Shown piece by piece: positions 45,682-54,733 of a stretch of DNA of 64,000 nucleotides. The position numbers were made by a program, and so were the translations under genes. The stretch is from positions 800,001-864,000 of the forward strand of contig OZ251992.1 of NCBI GenBank assembly GCA_965246885.1, given 5' to 3'. The DNA comes from Abditibacterium sp. (GTDB taxonomy: Bacteria > Armatimonadota > Abditibacteriia > Abditibacteriales > Abditibacteriaceae). Below the pieces are notes generated by a model. The model was not told the DNA's origin, searched no databases, and saw only the letters and a program-made list of their open reading frames with translations. Each line of letters opens with the position of its first letter. Position 1 is the stretch's first letter.

Positions 45682-48546
45682 ATGCCGCGTTCTCTTTCTC
45701 CCGCGCCGCGCCAATCGCGGCTGACGTGGGGTATGGCGCAGGGGTTGGTTATTGCCCTCGCGCTGCTGTTCTTGCTGCGTCCGGGCGCGCTCGGCGGCCT
45801 CGCGCACACGTTGGAATGGGACACGTTGGATTGGTGGTTTGGGTTGCGGGCGCCGCGCAGTGCACGTTCGACGGCGATTCTGGCCGTTGACGAGGCGACA
45901 ATCGCGCGGTGGAACGGGCGGGTTTTCGAGGCGCGCGACGTGGCGTTGGCGCTCCGCGAACTCAAAGGGCGCGGCGCCAAAGCGGTGGCGCTGGATTTCC
46001 CGTCGTTGTGCGAGGTGCCGCTCGGCGCGTCCGATGCGGACGAGTTGGCATCGGCGATGCGCTTCAACGGAGCGGTCACGCTTCCGCTTGCGCTGCGTTT
46101 GGGTTCGGGTTCGGAAATCCCGACGAGTCCGAGCGTAGAACGGTTTGCGTTCGCGCCGGAGGAGCGCCTCGCGCCCGACGACGCGCCCCTTGCGCGCGCC
46201 GATGCCATTGTGGGGTCTCCCGGCGCGTTGATGGATGCGGCGGCGGGTGCGGGACACACCAACTTCGAGTTCGACCGCTTTGGCCGCGTACGGGCGTTGC
46301 CCCTTGATGCGCGCTTGACGGCGCCGCTTGGCGGGAATCTGAACGGGCGCTTGTTTCCCTCGCTGGCGTTGGCGACGGCGAGCGCGGCGGGGCTGGCGGC
46401 GCCCGCTCGGGAGGAGCCGATGTTGCTCAACTTTGCGCGCGGCGGGGGGGACGAAAGCCGCGCTTTTCCGGTTGTGTCGCTCGCGGCGGCGCTGCGCGAT
46501 CCGCGCTTGTTCGAGGCGTTCCGGAATCGCGCGGTGGTGGTGGGGGTGACGGCGCGCTCGTTGTGTTCGCGCTTCCCCACGCCGGGCGGGGCGCGCGTGC
46601 CGGAGTGCGTCTTGTCGGCGGAGGCGCTGGACAACCTGCTTTCCGACCGGGCGCTGCGCCGCGCGCCGCCGGTGTTGCACTGGTTTTTGACGATTCTGCC
46701 TGCCTTGGTGGTGGGCGGCTTGGCGGCGGTGTGGCGTCCGGCGAGTAGCGCCGTGCTGGCGCTGTTGTGCGCGCTCGTGGTGGCGCTAATTTCGTTTGGG
46801 ATGTTCGGGCGCGACGTGTGGCTGGACACCAGCGTGCCTTGGTTGACCATCGGCGCCGCGTGTCTGGTGGGCGTGGTCGGGCGGGCGCGGCGCCAAGAGC
46901 GGGACACCATTTCCATCGCTTCGACGGTGGACGCGCTCGCGCAGGTGGCGGACTTGGTGACGGTGGGGCGCAACCCGACGGAGCTTTTGGAGCGCGTCCT
47001 GTCGTTTGCGGCCAAGACGCTGGGCGCGAGCGGCGCGTCGGCGCTATTGTTGGAGGGAGACGGCCAGCATCTCAAGTTCGTGGCGGCCATTGGCCCGCGC
47101 TCGGCGCCGCTCGTGGGGCAGTTGGTGGCAATGGGCGAGGGCTTGGTGGGGCGGGTGGCGCGCGAAGAACGGGGGATGATCTTGGGCGATGCCGGGGAGC
47201 ACGCGGGGCGCTTCGACTTGTTGACCGGTTTGGAAACGCGCTCGCTGTTGGCGGTGCCGCTTCGGGTGCGCGGGGAAGTGGTAGGGGCGCTCGAAGTGGT
47301 GAACCGCGAAGGGGAACTGCCGTTTTCGCCCGCCGACTTGGAGCTATTGCAAGCCATCGCCAATCAAGCGGCGGTGGCGCTGGATAACGTGCGCTTGTAT
47401 AACCGGCTGGCCTTTCGCGTCGAGCAGTCGCAGGACGCGCTCGCCGTTGCCAACCGCGAACTGCAAGCGGACAAGGCGCTCATGCAAACGGTGCTGTTCT
47501 CGATGACCGATGGGCTGGTCGTGACGGACGAGTCGGGGCGCATCCAACTGGTGAACGAGGCCGCTGTGCGCTTGTTGCCGGAACTGGCGGGGGAGGAAGT
47601 GCTGGGCGAACGGCTGGCGCTCGTGCTGCCCGACTTCGCTTTGGGCGCCATTCCGCCGTCGCCCGAAGGGGACGAAGAGGAGCCGGTCATCCTGTTTCGC
47701 GGCTCGCTCGACGCGGTGCGCGCGGTCGAGGGACACGTGGCGCCGCTTCGCGGGGGGCACGGCGAGTTGGCGGGATTGGTGGCGGTGTTCGCCGATGTCA
47801 CGCAGCGCCGCCGCATCGAGCAGGCCAAAAGCGACTTCGTGTCGTTCGTGGCGCACGAGATGCGCTCGCCGCTCACTTCCATCGCGGGCTTTTCGGCGAT
47901 GCTGTCGCGCGACGAAGGAGCGGGCGCGGGGCAAAGCGCCCTGTCTCCTCCGACGCGCGCGCGGTTTTTGGGACTGATTCGCGGCGAAAGCGAGCGGCTC
48001 ACGCGGCTGATTAACACCCTTCTCGATACCGCGCGTTTGGAAGCGGGACACGCCATTGAACTCAACCGCGACGCGCTGGAGTTGGCGCCGCTGATTCAGT
48101 TGGCCTTGGAAACGCAGCGCGCGTATTCGAGCCGCCATACCCTGCGCGCCGACCTGCCGCCGCACTTGCCACCCGTTTTTGCCGACGCCGACAAAGTGCT
48201 GCAAATCCTCGTCAACCTGCTTTCCAACGCGCAGAAGTACTCGCCCGGCGGCGAGATTACACTCTCCGCGCGGACGCGCGGAGAGAGGGTGGAACTGAGC
48301 GTGCGCGATCAAGGGCCGGGGATTGGGCCGGGGCAACGCGAACTGCTGTTTTCCCGTTTTGGCCGGGGGCCGCAGTCGGCGCAAGGCGTGGGGGCGGGCG
48401 CCAAACCGACGGGGACGGGGTTGGGCTTATTTTTGACCAAGCACTTAGTCGAAGCGCACGGCGGCGAAATCTGGGTGGAAAGCGAAGTCGGGCAGGGCGC
48501 AACGTTTCGCTTCACCCTTCCCACCGAAGAGAGTTTTGCTTCTTGA
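45682..48546 (+). CDS. CHASE2-GAF-PAS sensor histidine kinase
   Basis: CHASE2 (ILAVDEATI, DRFGRVR), 3 TM, GAF (TRSLLAVPL..GALEVVN), VAHEMRSPL, NLLSNAQKYS, DQGPGI, GTGLGL. Confidence 0.93.
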   Translation: MPRSLSPAPRQSRLTWGMAQGLVIALALLFLLRPGALGGLAHTLEWDTLDWWFGLRAPRSARSTAILAVDEATIARWNGRVFEARDVALALRELKGRGAKAVALDFPSLCEVPLGASDADELASAMRFNGAVTLPLALRLGSGSEIPTSPSVERFAFAPEERLAPDDAPLARADAIVGSPGALMDAAAGAGHTNFEFDRFGRVRALPLDARLTAPLGGNLNGRLFPSLALATASAAGLAAPAREEPMLLNFARGGGDESRAFPVVSLAAALRDPRLFEAFRNRAVVVGVTARSLCSRFPTPGGARVPECVLSAEALDNLLSDRALRRAPPVLHWFLTILPALVVGGLAAVWRPASSAVLALLCALVVALISFGMFGRDVWLDTSVPWLTIGAACLVGVVGRARRQERDTISIASTVDALAQVADLVTVGRNPTELLERVLSFAAKTLGASGASALLLEGDGQHLKFVAAIGPRSAPLVGQLVAMGEGLVGRVAREERGMILGDAGEHAGRFDLLTGLETRSLLAVPLRVRGEVVGALEVVNREGELPFSPADLELLQAIANQAAVALDNVRLYNRLAFRVEQSQDALAVANRELQADKALMQTVLFSMTDGLVVTDESGRIQLVNEAAVRLLPELAGEEVLGERLALVLPDFALGAIPPSPEGDEEEPVILFRGSLDAVRAVEGHVAPLRGGHGELAGLVAVFADVTQRRRIEQAKSDFVSFVAHEMRSPLTSIAGFSAMLSRDEGAGAGQSALSPPTRARFLGLIRGESERLTRLINTLLDTARLEAGHAIELNRDALELAPLIQLALETQRAYSSRHTLRADLPPHLPPVFADADKVLQILVNLLSNAQKYSPGGEITLSARTRGERVELSVRDQGPGIGPGQRELLFSRFGRGPQSAQGVGAGAKPTGTGLGLFLTKHLVEAHGGEIWVESEVGQGATFRFTLPTEESFAS

Positions 48547-48632
48547 ACTTCCACTTAGGGGTTGACGTCCACCATCGGGCGGGAGTTCTCACTGTCGCCT
48601 GTTCAGCAGTCGCCCCTCTCGCAGGAACAACC

Positions 48633-49130
48633 ATGCTCAAGAAACTATTGATTGGAGGCATCTTGGGAGCTTGCGCTCTCACTGGCCTGTCTCCCGTCGC
48701 GCGCGCCGATGGCGACCGCGACACCCGTGACCGCGATTATCGCCCCGCGCCGTATTACGGCGACCGCGACGATTATCGCCCCAACCGCGACCGTGACCGC
48801 GACTACCGTGACCGCGACGACGCCCGCGACCGCGACTACCGGCGCGACCGTGACCGCGATACTCGTGACCGCGATGACTACCGCCGCAACGACTACCGCC
48901 GCAACGATTACAATCGTGGCGGCAACTACGGCTATAGTGGCGGTATCACCGTCTACGGCGGCGGCACTAACCGCCCCCGTTACGATGACCGCTATGACCG
49001 TCGCCCCCGTTACGACGACCGCTACGACCGTCGCCGCCGCTATGACGACCGCCCGCGCTACGACAGCCAAGGCCGCATCATCACCGGCGCCATCGTGGGC
49101 GGGATTCTGGGCGCCATCATCGCCCGCTAA
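48633..49130 (+). CDS. secreted low-complexity D/R/Y-repeat protein with C-terminal glycine-zipper-like tail
   Basis: Signal peptide ..ARA, DRDYR and RPRYDDRYDR repeats, GAIVGGILGAII. AGGA RBS and a terminator follows. Confidence 0.85.
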   Translation: MLKKLLIGGILGACALTGLSPVARADGDRDTRDRDYRPAPYYGDRDDYRPNRDRDRDYRDRDDARDRDYRRDRDRDTRDRDDYRRNDYRRNDYNRGGNYGYSGGITVYGGGTNRPRYDDRYDRRPRYDDRYDRRRRYDDRPRYDSQGRIITGAIVGGILGAIIAR

Positions 49131-49135
49131 ACGGC

Positions 49136-49173
49136 AACAGCCCCGCTCACCCATATGAGCGGGGCTGTTCTTT
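49136..49173. terminator. intrinsic terminator between convergent genes
   Basis: aacagccccgctca-cccata-tgagcggggctgtt followed by cttt. Confidence 0.85.
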
Positions 49174-49193
49174 AACTGCGGAGCAGTTTAGCT

Positions 49194-50744
49194 TTAGCGG
49201 CGGGCGCCGACAAAGATGTTCCAGTTGCGGCCCTCGAACAGGTTGGACACCATGACGCGGTGCCCCGACCCGGACGCATGGACGAACAGGCCGTTGCCCA
49301 TATACAGGCCGGTGTGGTCAATGCGCGTGCCCGACGCCGAGAAGTACAAGCGGTCTCCCGCGTGCAGGTCGGCGGGCGCGACGGCCATGCCGATGCGCGC
49401 TTGTTGGGCGGCGGTGCGGGGCAACTGCACGCCGCACGCGGCGAAGGAGTGCTGGATGAGGGACGAGCAGTCAATGCCGCGCCGTCCCGTGCCGCCGTAA
49501 ACGTAGGGCGTTCCTAACCAGCGTAGCGCTTGGGCGACGGTGGCGCTTTGCGCGGCATAGCGGGCGCCCGCGCCGGACACGCTTCCGCCGGGGCCGGGAG
49601 TGGCAACGATTTGCGAGGACACGTCCACCGTTTGCTCGGTCATGGACAAGTAGCGAGTGGGCAGCCAGCCGGTCGAGCGGTCGCTCATCAACACCGCCGA
49701 CCACGCGCCGCTTTGCCGCAGAACCGCGAGACGCGTTCCCATGCCGCACTTGAAAAGCGTGACGGCGCTGGCTTGGGGCAAGCGGCGGATGCGCGCGCCC
49801 GCCGAGGAGATTTGCCCGACGCGCGCCACGCCGCCTGAGGGCCTGATGGGAGTCGTGGTCGCGGCGCCCGCGTCGCCACCGCCGCCCGTATTGGGCGCGG
49901 CCTCGTTTTGGCCCATGACGCGCACTTCGCCGCCGAGCGCCGAGCGCGCCATTTGGCCGTAGCCGCCGCGCGAAGCGAGCGCGCCGCGCCGCGTGTCAAC
50001 GACGGAGGACGAGCCGAAGATGGGCGTGTTTTGCGGGATTTCGCGCACGGTCGAAACGGGAGCGCCCGCGCCCAAGTTGAACTCGCCCGACGCGTACACG
50101 CCGCCGCCCAAAGGACGCGGCTCGGCCTGCGCGTGTGCGGGAGTCGAGGGCGTGCTTTGCGCCGACGCGGTGTAGGTGGCTTTGGGGCGACGGCCAACGG
50201 GCGTGGAAAGCGGCACGCGCGGGGCGTAAACGCTGGGCGCTTGGTAAGTCAGTTGGCCCAAAGGCACAATCACGGTTTCGCCCGCGATAGGAGCGACGGC
50301 GTCGCCGTTGCGCGCACGGAGCGAGGCGGCGGAAACGTCGTTGCCTGCGGCGCGAAAGCGAAGGGCGATGGAGTCCCACGTGTCGCCTTGGCGCACGGTG
50401 TCGCTGACGGCACGGGAAAGCGAGCCACTGCCAGAGCGCACCTCGGAAAACGCGGGCGTTTGGACGACGGGCGCGGCGATGGGCGCTTGCCCTTCGCTTT
50501 CGCCGGGAACGCGCAGAAGCATCGAGCCAAGGGGCACCGCGTCCTCGTTCGTGAGACCGTTAGCGGTGCGCAGGGCGCCGGGGGTGACGCCGTATTTGGC
50601 CGCGACGCCCGCGAGCGTTTCTCCCGCCGTGACGGGGTAATACACGTCGGCGCGCGCGCTGAGCGAAAGCCAGAGCGCCCCGCCCGAAAGCAAGAAGAAA
50701 GATGAAACGGGTTTGCGCGCCCGCGACCGCGAAGTGAAAGCCAT
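49194..50744 (-). CDS. LysM-LysM-SH3-NlpC/P60 cell-wall endopeptidase
   Basis: YPVTAGETLAGVAAKYGV, VRQGDTWDSIA, SH3-like ..TGWLPTRYL, GTPYVYGG..DCSS, DHTGLY..FVHAS. Confidence 0.93.
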   Translation of the reverse strand: MAFTSRSRARKPVSSFFLLSGGALWLSLSARADVYYPVTAGETLAGVAAKYGVTPGALRTANGLTNEDAVPLGSMLLRVPGESEGQAPIAAPVVQTPAFSEVRSGSGSLSRAVSDTVRQGDTWDSIALRFRAAGNDVSAASLRARNGDAVAPIAGETVIVPLGQLTYQAPSVYAPRVPLSTPVGRRPKATYTASAQSTPSTPAHAQAEPRPLGGGVYASGEFNLGAGAPVSTVREIPQNTPIFGSSSVVDTRRGALASRGGYGQMARSALGGEVRVMGQNEAAPNTGGGGDAGAATTTPIRPSGGVARVGQISSAGARIRRLPQASAVTLFKCGMGTRLAVLRQSGAWSAVLMSDRSTGWLPTRYLSMTEQTVDVSSQIVATPGPGGSVSGAGARYAAQSATVAQALRWLGTPYVYGGTGRRGIDCSSLIQHSFAACGVQLPRTAAQQARIGMAVAPADLHAGDRLYFSASGTRIDHTGLYMGNGLFVHASGSGHRVMVSNLFEGRNWNIFVGARR

Positions 50745-51001
50745 GATGTGCGAAGAACGACCGCCGACAAAAACTCTCTCCGAGACCGACGCGCCTTTAG
50801 CGGTCTGCCCCAAACGCGCCCCCTTTTGAGGCGCCGCGCCCGGCGCCCGGTCAAAGCGCCGCCAACATTTTAACCTAATCTTCACCCTGCAAGTGTGAAG
50901 GGCACCCGTTTTGCTTCGGACGCGCCGCTTTTCCCCCGTCAAAGCCACGTTTTGGCCAAACGCCGCCCGCTTGCGGCGCCTTAGCGGTTAAAACTACCGG
51001 C

Positions 51002-51454
51002 ATGGCCCAGCATCCCGACCCCTGCGACATCTGCGCGCGCCTCGACCGCATCGCGGCGAGCGACTACCCGCCCTTCATCCACGAACTGCCAACCGGCTTT
51101 TTCGTGCTTGGCGACTCGCAGCAGTTCCCCGGCTACGCGCTTCTCTTGTCGAAGGCGCCCGTCGCCGAACTCGAAGAGTTACCCATGCCCGCGCGCATGG
51201 CGTTCCTGCGCGACGTGGCGCTCTGTTCCCAAGCCGTTGCCGACGTTGTGCGCCCGCACAAGATGAACGTCGAATCGCTCGGCAACGTCGTTCCGCACCT
51301 GCATTTCCACTTCTTCCCGCGCCAGCTATCCGAGCCGGAGCCGACCAAACCCGTCTGGACGCAGCAGCACGAAGGAGCGCCCTTTGACCCCGCCCGCGAT
51401 GGCGCGCTGGTCGCCCGCCTGCGGGCGCGGGTGGTAGAGTTGGCGCGCGCTTAG
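51002..51454 (+). CDS. HIT family protein
   Basis: CDIC, FPGYALL, LGNVVPHLHFHFFPR. Confidence 0.92.
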   Translation: MAQHPDPCDICARLDRIAASDYPPFIHELPTGFFVLGDSQQFPGYALLLSKAPVAELEELPMPARMAFLRDVALCSQAVADVVRPHKMNVESLGNVVPHLHFHFFPRQLSEPEPTKPVWTQQHEGAPFDPARDGALVARLRARVVELARA

Positions 51455-52206
51455 TCGCCGTCGTAGTGCTTGGTGGCGGCGGGGTCAGTCCACATGGCGT
51501 CGAACTGCCCCGCGCTCACGGTGAACTTCGCGTGCCCATCGGCGAACAAGAAACTCCCGCCCGTCGGGTGCCACTGTGCGTAGTAGAAAGGCGTGCCGGA
51601 GTAGCCGTAGGTCGCGCCGCCCGCGTCCATGTCGGGGCCAAACCAAGGCAGCATTTCGTCGCGCATGATGCGCGTTTCGGCGGCACGGGCGAACATCGAG
51701 TCTTTGACGGTGTGCGGCTGCACGGTGTTGGGGTTGGCGGGGTCGGAAAGGATGTTGTTTTGGCTCGATTCCCCGGCGACCACCGAATACGCGCCGCTCG
51801 TGAAGCGATACGAGGAGCCGTAGCACGCGGCGTAGGAGCTTTGCTTGGTGGCGTCGAGGGCGCAGTCGCCGTCCGACGCGATGGCTGGCCCGCCGATGTC
51901 GTTGGGGCACTTGAACACTTGCAGGCTCCGCGTGTAGGGCTGCAACTCCAACTCGACGCCCTTGTGGCCGGGGTTTCCAGAAGCGGGGACGGAGTTGTAA
52001 GCGTAAAATATCGGCCACGTTTCGTCGTTGTCTTGGACGTATTGCAGGGTGCCCAAGCCGATTTGCTTCATGTTCGACAGGCAGTTAACGTCGCGCGCCT
52101 TTTGGCGGGCGCGGGAGAACGCGGGGAACAGGATGGCCGCAAGAAGGGCGATGATGGCCACGACGACGAGGATTTCGAGCAGGGTAAAAGCGGAGCGGGT
52201 TCGCAT
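51451..52206 (-). CDS. prepilin-type N-terminal cleavage/methylation protein, DUF1559-like, H-X9-DG domain
   Basis: SAFTLLEILVVVAIIALLAAILFPAFSRAR..CLSNMKQIGL, FKCP, HPTGGSFLFADGHAK. Confidence 0.93.
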   Translation of the reverse strand: MRTRSAFTLLEILVVVAIIALLAAILFPAFSRARQKARDVNCLSNMKQIGLGTLQYVQDNDETWPIFYAYNSVPASGNPGHKGVELELQPYTRSLQVFKCPNDIGGPAIASDGDCALDATKQSSYAACYGSSYRFTSGAYSVVAGESSQNNILSDPANPNTVQPHTVKDSMFARAAETRIMRDEMLPWFGPDMDAGGATYGYSGTPFYYAQWHPTGGSFLFADGHAKFTVSAGQFDAMWTDPAATKHYDGD

Positions 52207-52294
52207 GACAAAAGGGGCGCACCGCTTGCTTCGCCCGAAAACAGGGGAGAAGTGCCGGTTGCCCGTTCTGCCCGAAGCCGGAACGGTCAACGAG

Positions 52295-52393
52295 TGCTTC
52301 CCTCCGCTGGTATGATCCAGATCAGGTGATTGGGGTCGGCTCCAAGCCCTCTCAGCCGCATCTCCGATTGGTCGGATGGCGGCGCCCCCAGCA
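52295..52393 (-). ncRNA. TPP (thi-box) riboswitch aptamer
   Basis: Minus strand reads TGCTGGGGGCGCC..GGCTGAGAGGG..GACCCCAATCACCTGATCTGGATCATACCAGCGGAGGGAAGCA. It has the CUGAGA motif, the ACCUGAUC..GCG.AGGGA core and P1 pairing UGCU/AGCA. Confidence 0.93.
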
Positions 52394-52455
52394 AACGCTG
52401 CGTTATTTGATTAGGTAACAGTGTGACGGCTTGCGGCGCCCGCCGGTTCGCTTCC

Positions 52456-53271
52456 TTAGTTCGCGCAAAGTGGCACGAGGCTTTGATACATCTCGCGCGC
52501 GGCATCGGCGGCGGGCAATTCCCATAAGCGCTCGCTGAACATTTCGATGGAAAAGGCGCCGTTGTAGCCATTGCTTTCCAAGGCGGCGATAATGGCGGGC
52601 AAATCGAGGTGCCCTTGGCCGGGAAGTTCGCGGTCGGCGTTGCAATCGGAGAGTTCGCCCGGTTTGTTCTTCATGTCGTCGAGGTGAACGTGTTTGATAA
52701 AGGGCACGGTTTGCGCGTTGATATGCTCGAACTTGGTGGCGGTGCAATGATAGTGCGCGGGGTCGAAGAGGACGCCGAAGTTGGCGGCGCCGCTCAAGCG
52801 GGCGATTTCAACGGCGCTTTGCAGGGTTTTGACGGCGCCCCAGTTGAACTCCAAGCACAGCGTCACGTTCATCGGCGCGACGGCGGCAGCGAGTTCGCCA
52901 AACAGTTCGCCATAGCGTTGGAGCGGGTTTTCGAGTTCGCCGATGGGTCGGTAGTCGGTGCCCATCACCATGTTTTGCGGCGCTCCGCCGCCCATTTCGG
53001 CGAGAAAGCGCGCTTTTTCGAGAATGGTCGCACGGTTGGCGGCGCAGCTGGCGTCGTCGCCGTACGCCTCGGCCCCGCAAAAGAAGCCGCCGATGCCGCG
53101 CAAGCCGCGCGCGGCGAGGGCGTTCTTGACTTGGACGGCGCCCAGCCCTTCCAGTTGGCCGAGCGCGAACTCGACTTGTGTAAAACCCGCCGCCGCGTAC
53201 GCGTCGAGGGCGGTTTCGAGGCTGTCGAAGCGCGTCGAAACCGAGTTGATGCCCAATTGAGACCGTTGCAT
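52456..53271 (-). CDS. sugar phosphate isomerase/epimerase (xylose-isomerase-like TIM barrel)
   Basis: LCLEF, LFDPAHY, HVHLDD, RELPGQG, FSIEMF. Confidence 0.9.
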   Translation of the reverse strand: MQRSQLGINSVSTRFDSLETALDAYAAAGFTQVEFALGQLEGLGAVQVKNALAARGLRGIGGFFCGAEAYGDDASCAANRATILEKARFLAEMGGGAPQNMVMGTDYRPIGELENPLQRYGELFGELAAAVAPMNVTLCLEFNWGAVKTLQSAVEIARLSGAANFGVLFDPAHYHCTATKFEHINAQTVPFIKHVHLDDMKNKPGELSDCNADRELPGQGHLDLPAIIAALESNGYNGAFSIEMFSERLWELPAADAAREMYQSLVPLCAN

Positions 53272-53377
53272 AATCGCCCCCCAGTTTGCCGCTTCGCTAC
53301 GTTACCAACAACGATAGAACAACAGGAGGCACAATGTTCAAGAGGGGGAAGCGAATTGGGTGGCAACGGCTTCCGCT

Positions 53378-53713
53378 TCACTCGTTAGACGAAGCCAAAC
53401 GTTGCTTTGGTAGGAGGTGAACCAAGCACAGCAACGGTGGAAGGACAAATATGGAGGGGAGGTAGAGGAGTGCCAGTTCGTGCCGTAAAAGGCTACACAT
53501 CAAAGAACTCACAGCTACCACTGCGAAGCAGAACCAAACGCTCGCAACGCGTTGCCCCCGAAGCATACGTACGCCGATAATTCCAACTAACAGGAACACG
53601 AGCGAGGGGAGCAGACGGAACTGAACGCCCATCAAATCGGGATGGGCGACGTGTCGGGCGGCGACTCCCGCCGCGAGTGCCAAGCCCAGCACCCACGCGA
53701 GAAGGCGCTTCAT
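53378..53713 (-). CDS. small membrane protein (4 TM)
   Basis: Hydrophobic 111-aa ORF with ATGA overlap to the upstream gene. Confidence 0.65.
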   Translation of the reverse strand: MKRLLAWVLGLALAAGVAARHVAHPDLMGVQFRLLPSLVFLLVGIIGVRMLRGQRVASVWFCFAVVAVSSLMCSLLRHELALLYLPSIFVLPPLLCLVHLLPKQRLASSNE

Positions 53714-54201
53714 TCCGGCACCCCTTCGATGGAAGTGATGACACCGCGCGCGTCCACATGAACGGCCAACGGCAGCTTTTGCGGCGCGGAAACGAGCGGG
53801 TCAACGTCGGCAATGCGAGAGCGCGCCACAATTTGGGACGGCTGCGCCAGCCACTTCGCCTTGTCGAGCGACATGGCGGAGCCAACGCAAACAAGGGCGG
53901 CGGTTTCATGGCTTCTGTTCGCCGCGTCCAGCCACGCCGCGACGGGGACATCCTGACACGAACACGAGCCGCGAAAAACGATGGTCGCCGGGAACTTGGG
54001 CGTATACGGCGCGCCGTCCGCTTGCGAGAGCGACAGGCGCGGCAGGAGCGAGCCTTCCTTGAGTCGCATGTTCTGTGCGAGGTTGACGAGATGATTCCAC
54101 GTCAACACTTCGCTTTTGATGGGCGGGCCGCTAATGGCCATCACGCCCATTTGCAGCACCACGACGCCGACCAACAGTTGCGCCATCGGCGGTTTAGCCA
54201 C
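53710..54201 (-). CDS. hypothetical protein, possibly thioredoxin-like fold with N-terminal TM
   Basis: TM, then LPRLSL..ADG, IVFRGSCSC, P.AVHVDARGVI. Confidence 0.55.
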   Translation of the reverse strand: MAKPPMAQLLVGVVVLQMGVMAISGPPIKSEVLTWNHLVNLAQNMRLKEGSLLPRLSLSQADGAPYTPKFPATIVFRGSCSCQDVPVAAWLDAANRSHETAALVCVGSAMSLDKAKWLAQPSQIVARSRIADVDPLVSAPQKLPLAVHVDARGVITSIEGVPE

Positions 54202-54297
54202 TTTGCATCGCCGCCTTTTTGCGGCGCGGGCGCCCAGAGGCTCGCGCCTTCAAAATCCAGAACGCGGACGCCGAATCGCGCGATAGGGTGTGAATCT

Positions 54298-54723
54298 TCA
54301 TCCGCGACAGGCCACGTCCTTGAAACAAGCACGGCCCCGGTTGAAGCGAGACCAGTCCGTAATAGGCGACAAGCTATCGCCTACGCCCCGGCTGATGTCC
54401 ACTCCGTCCTCAACCCAGCGCACTTTGTCTTGTCCATCGAACACGCTCCGCACCGTCAAAAGCGGCTTGCCATCGGCATGGGTGTCCACTTCAAGGAACT
54501 CGAACTTTTGGCCACGCATAACGGCTACCCGCTTTTGGAGGCGCCATTTGGAACCTTTTTGGGAAAAGTCCGCGACGCGAGCCGACGAGGAGTAGGTGCC
54601 ATTGTTAAAAGCAGCGTCGGCGGCCCGCAGACTTTGCAGAACGCCTGCGTTGATGTCAGCACGAGCGTGGGGGCAGAGGATGAAAAGCGACGCGACCGCC
54701 GCTGTGGGAAGAGAGTGTTTCAC
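54298..54723 (-). CDS. hypothetical secreted protein (possibly truncated)
   Basis: GTG at 54723, signal peptide ..HARA, 10 bp after the upstream gene. Confidence 0.55.
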   Translation of the reverse strand: MKHSLPTAAVASLFILCPHARADINAGVLQSLRAADAAFNNGTYSSSARVADFSQKGSKWRLQKRVAVMRGQKFEFLEVDTHADGKPLLTVRSVFDGQDKVRWVEDGVDISRGVGDSLSPITDWSRFNRGRACFKDVACRG

Positions 54724-54733
54724 GGCATCTCGG

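Noticed and set aside
50745..51000. c-di-AMP (ydaO) riboswitch upstream of the NlpC/P60 gene
   Set aside because: The context fits, but I could not find the conserved GCUGAAUC and CCGUCAGCUAA-type segments.
53323..53420. Plus-strand AGGAGG-ATG 28-codon ORF (MFKRGKRIGWQ..)
   Set aside because: It overlaps the 3' end of a minus-strand gene and has no support beyond an SD-like hexamer.
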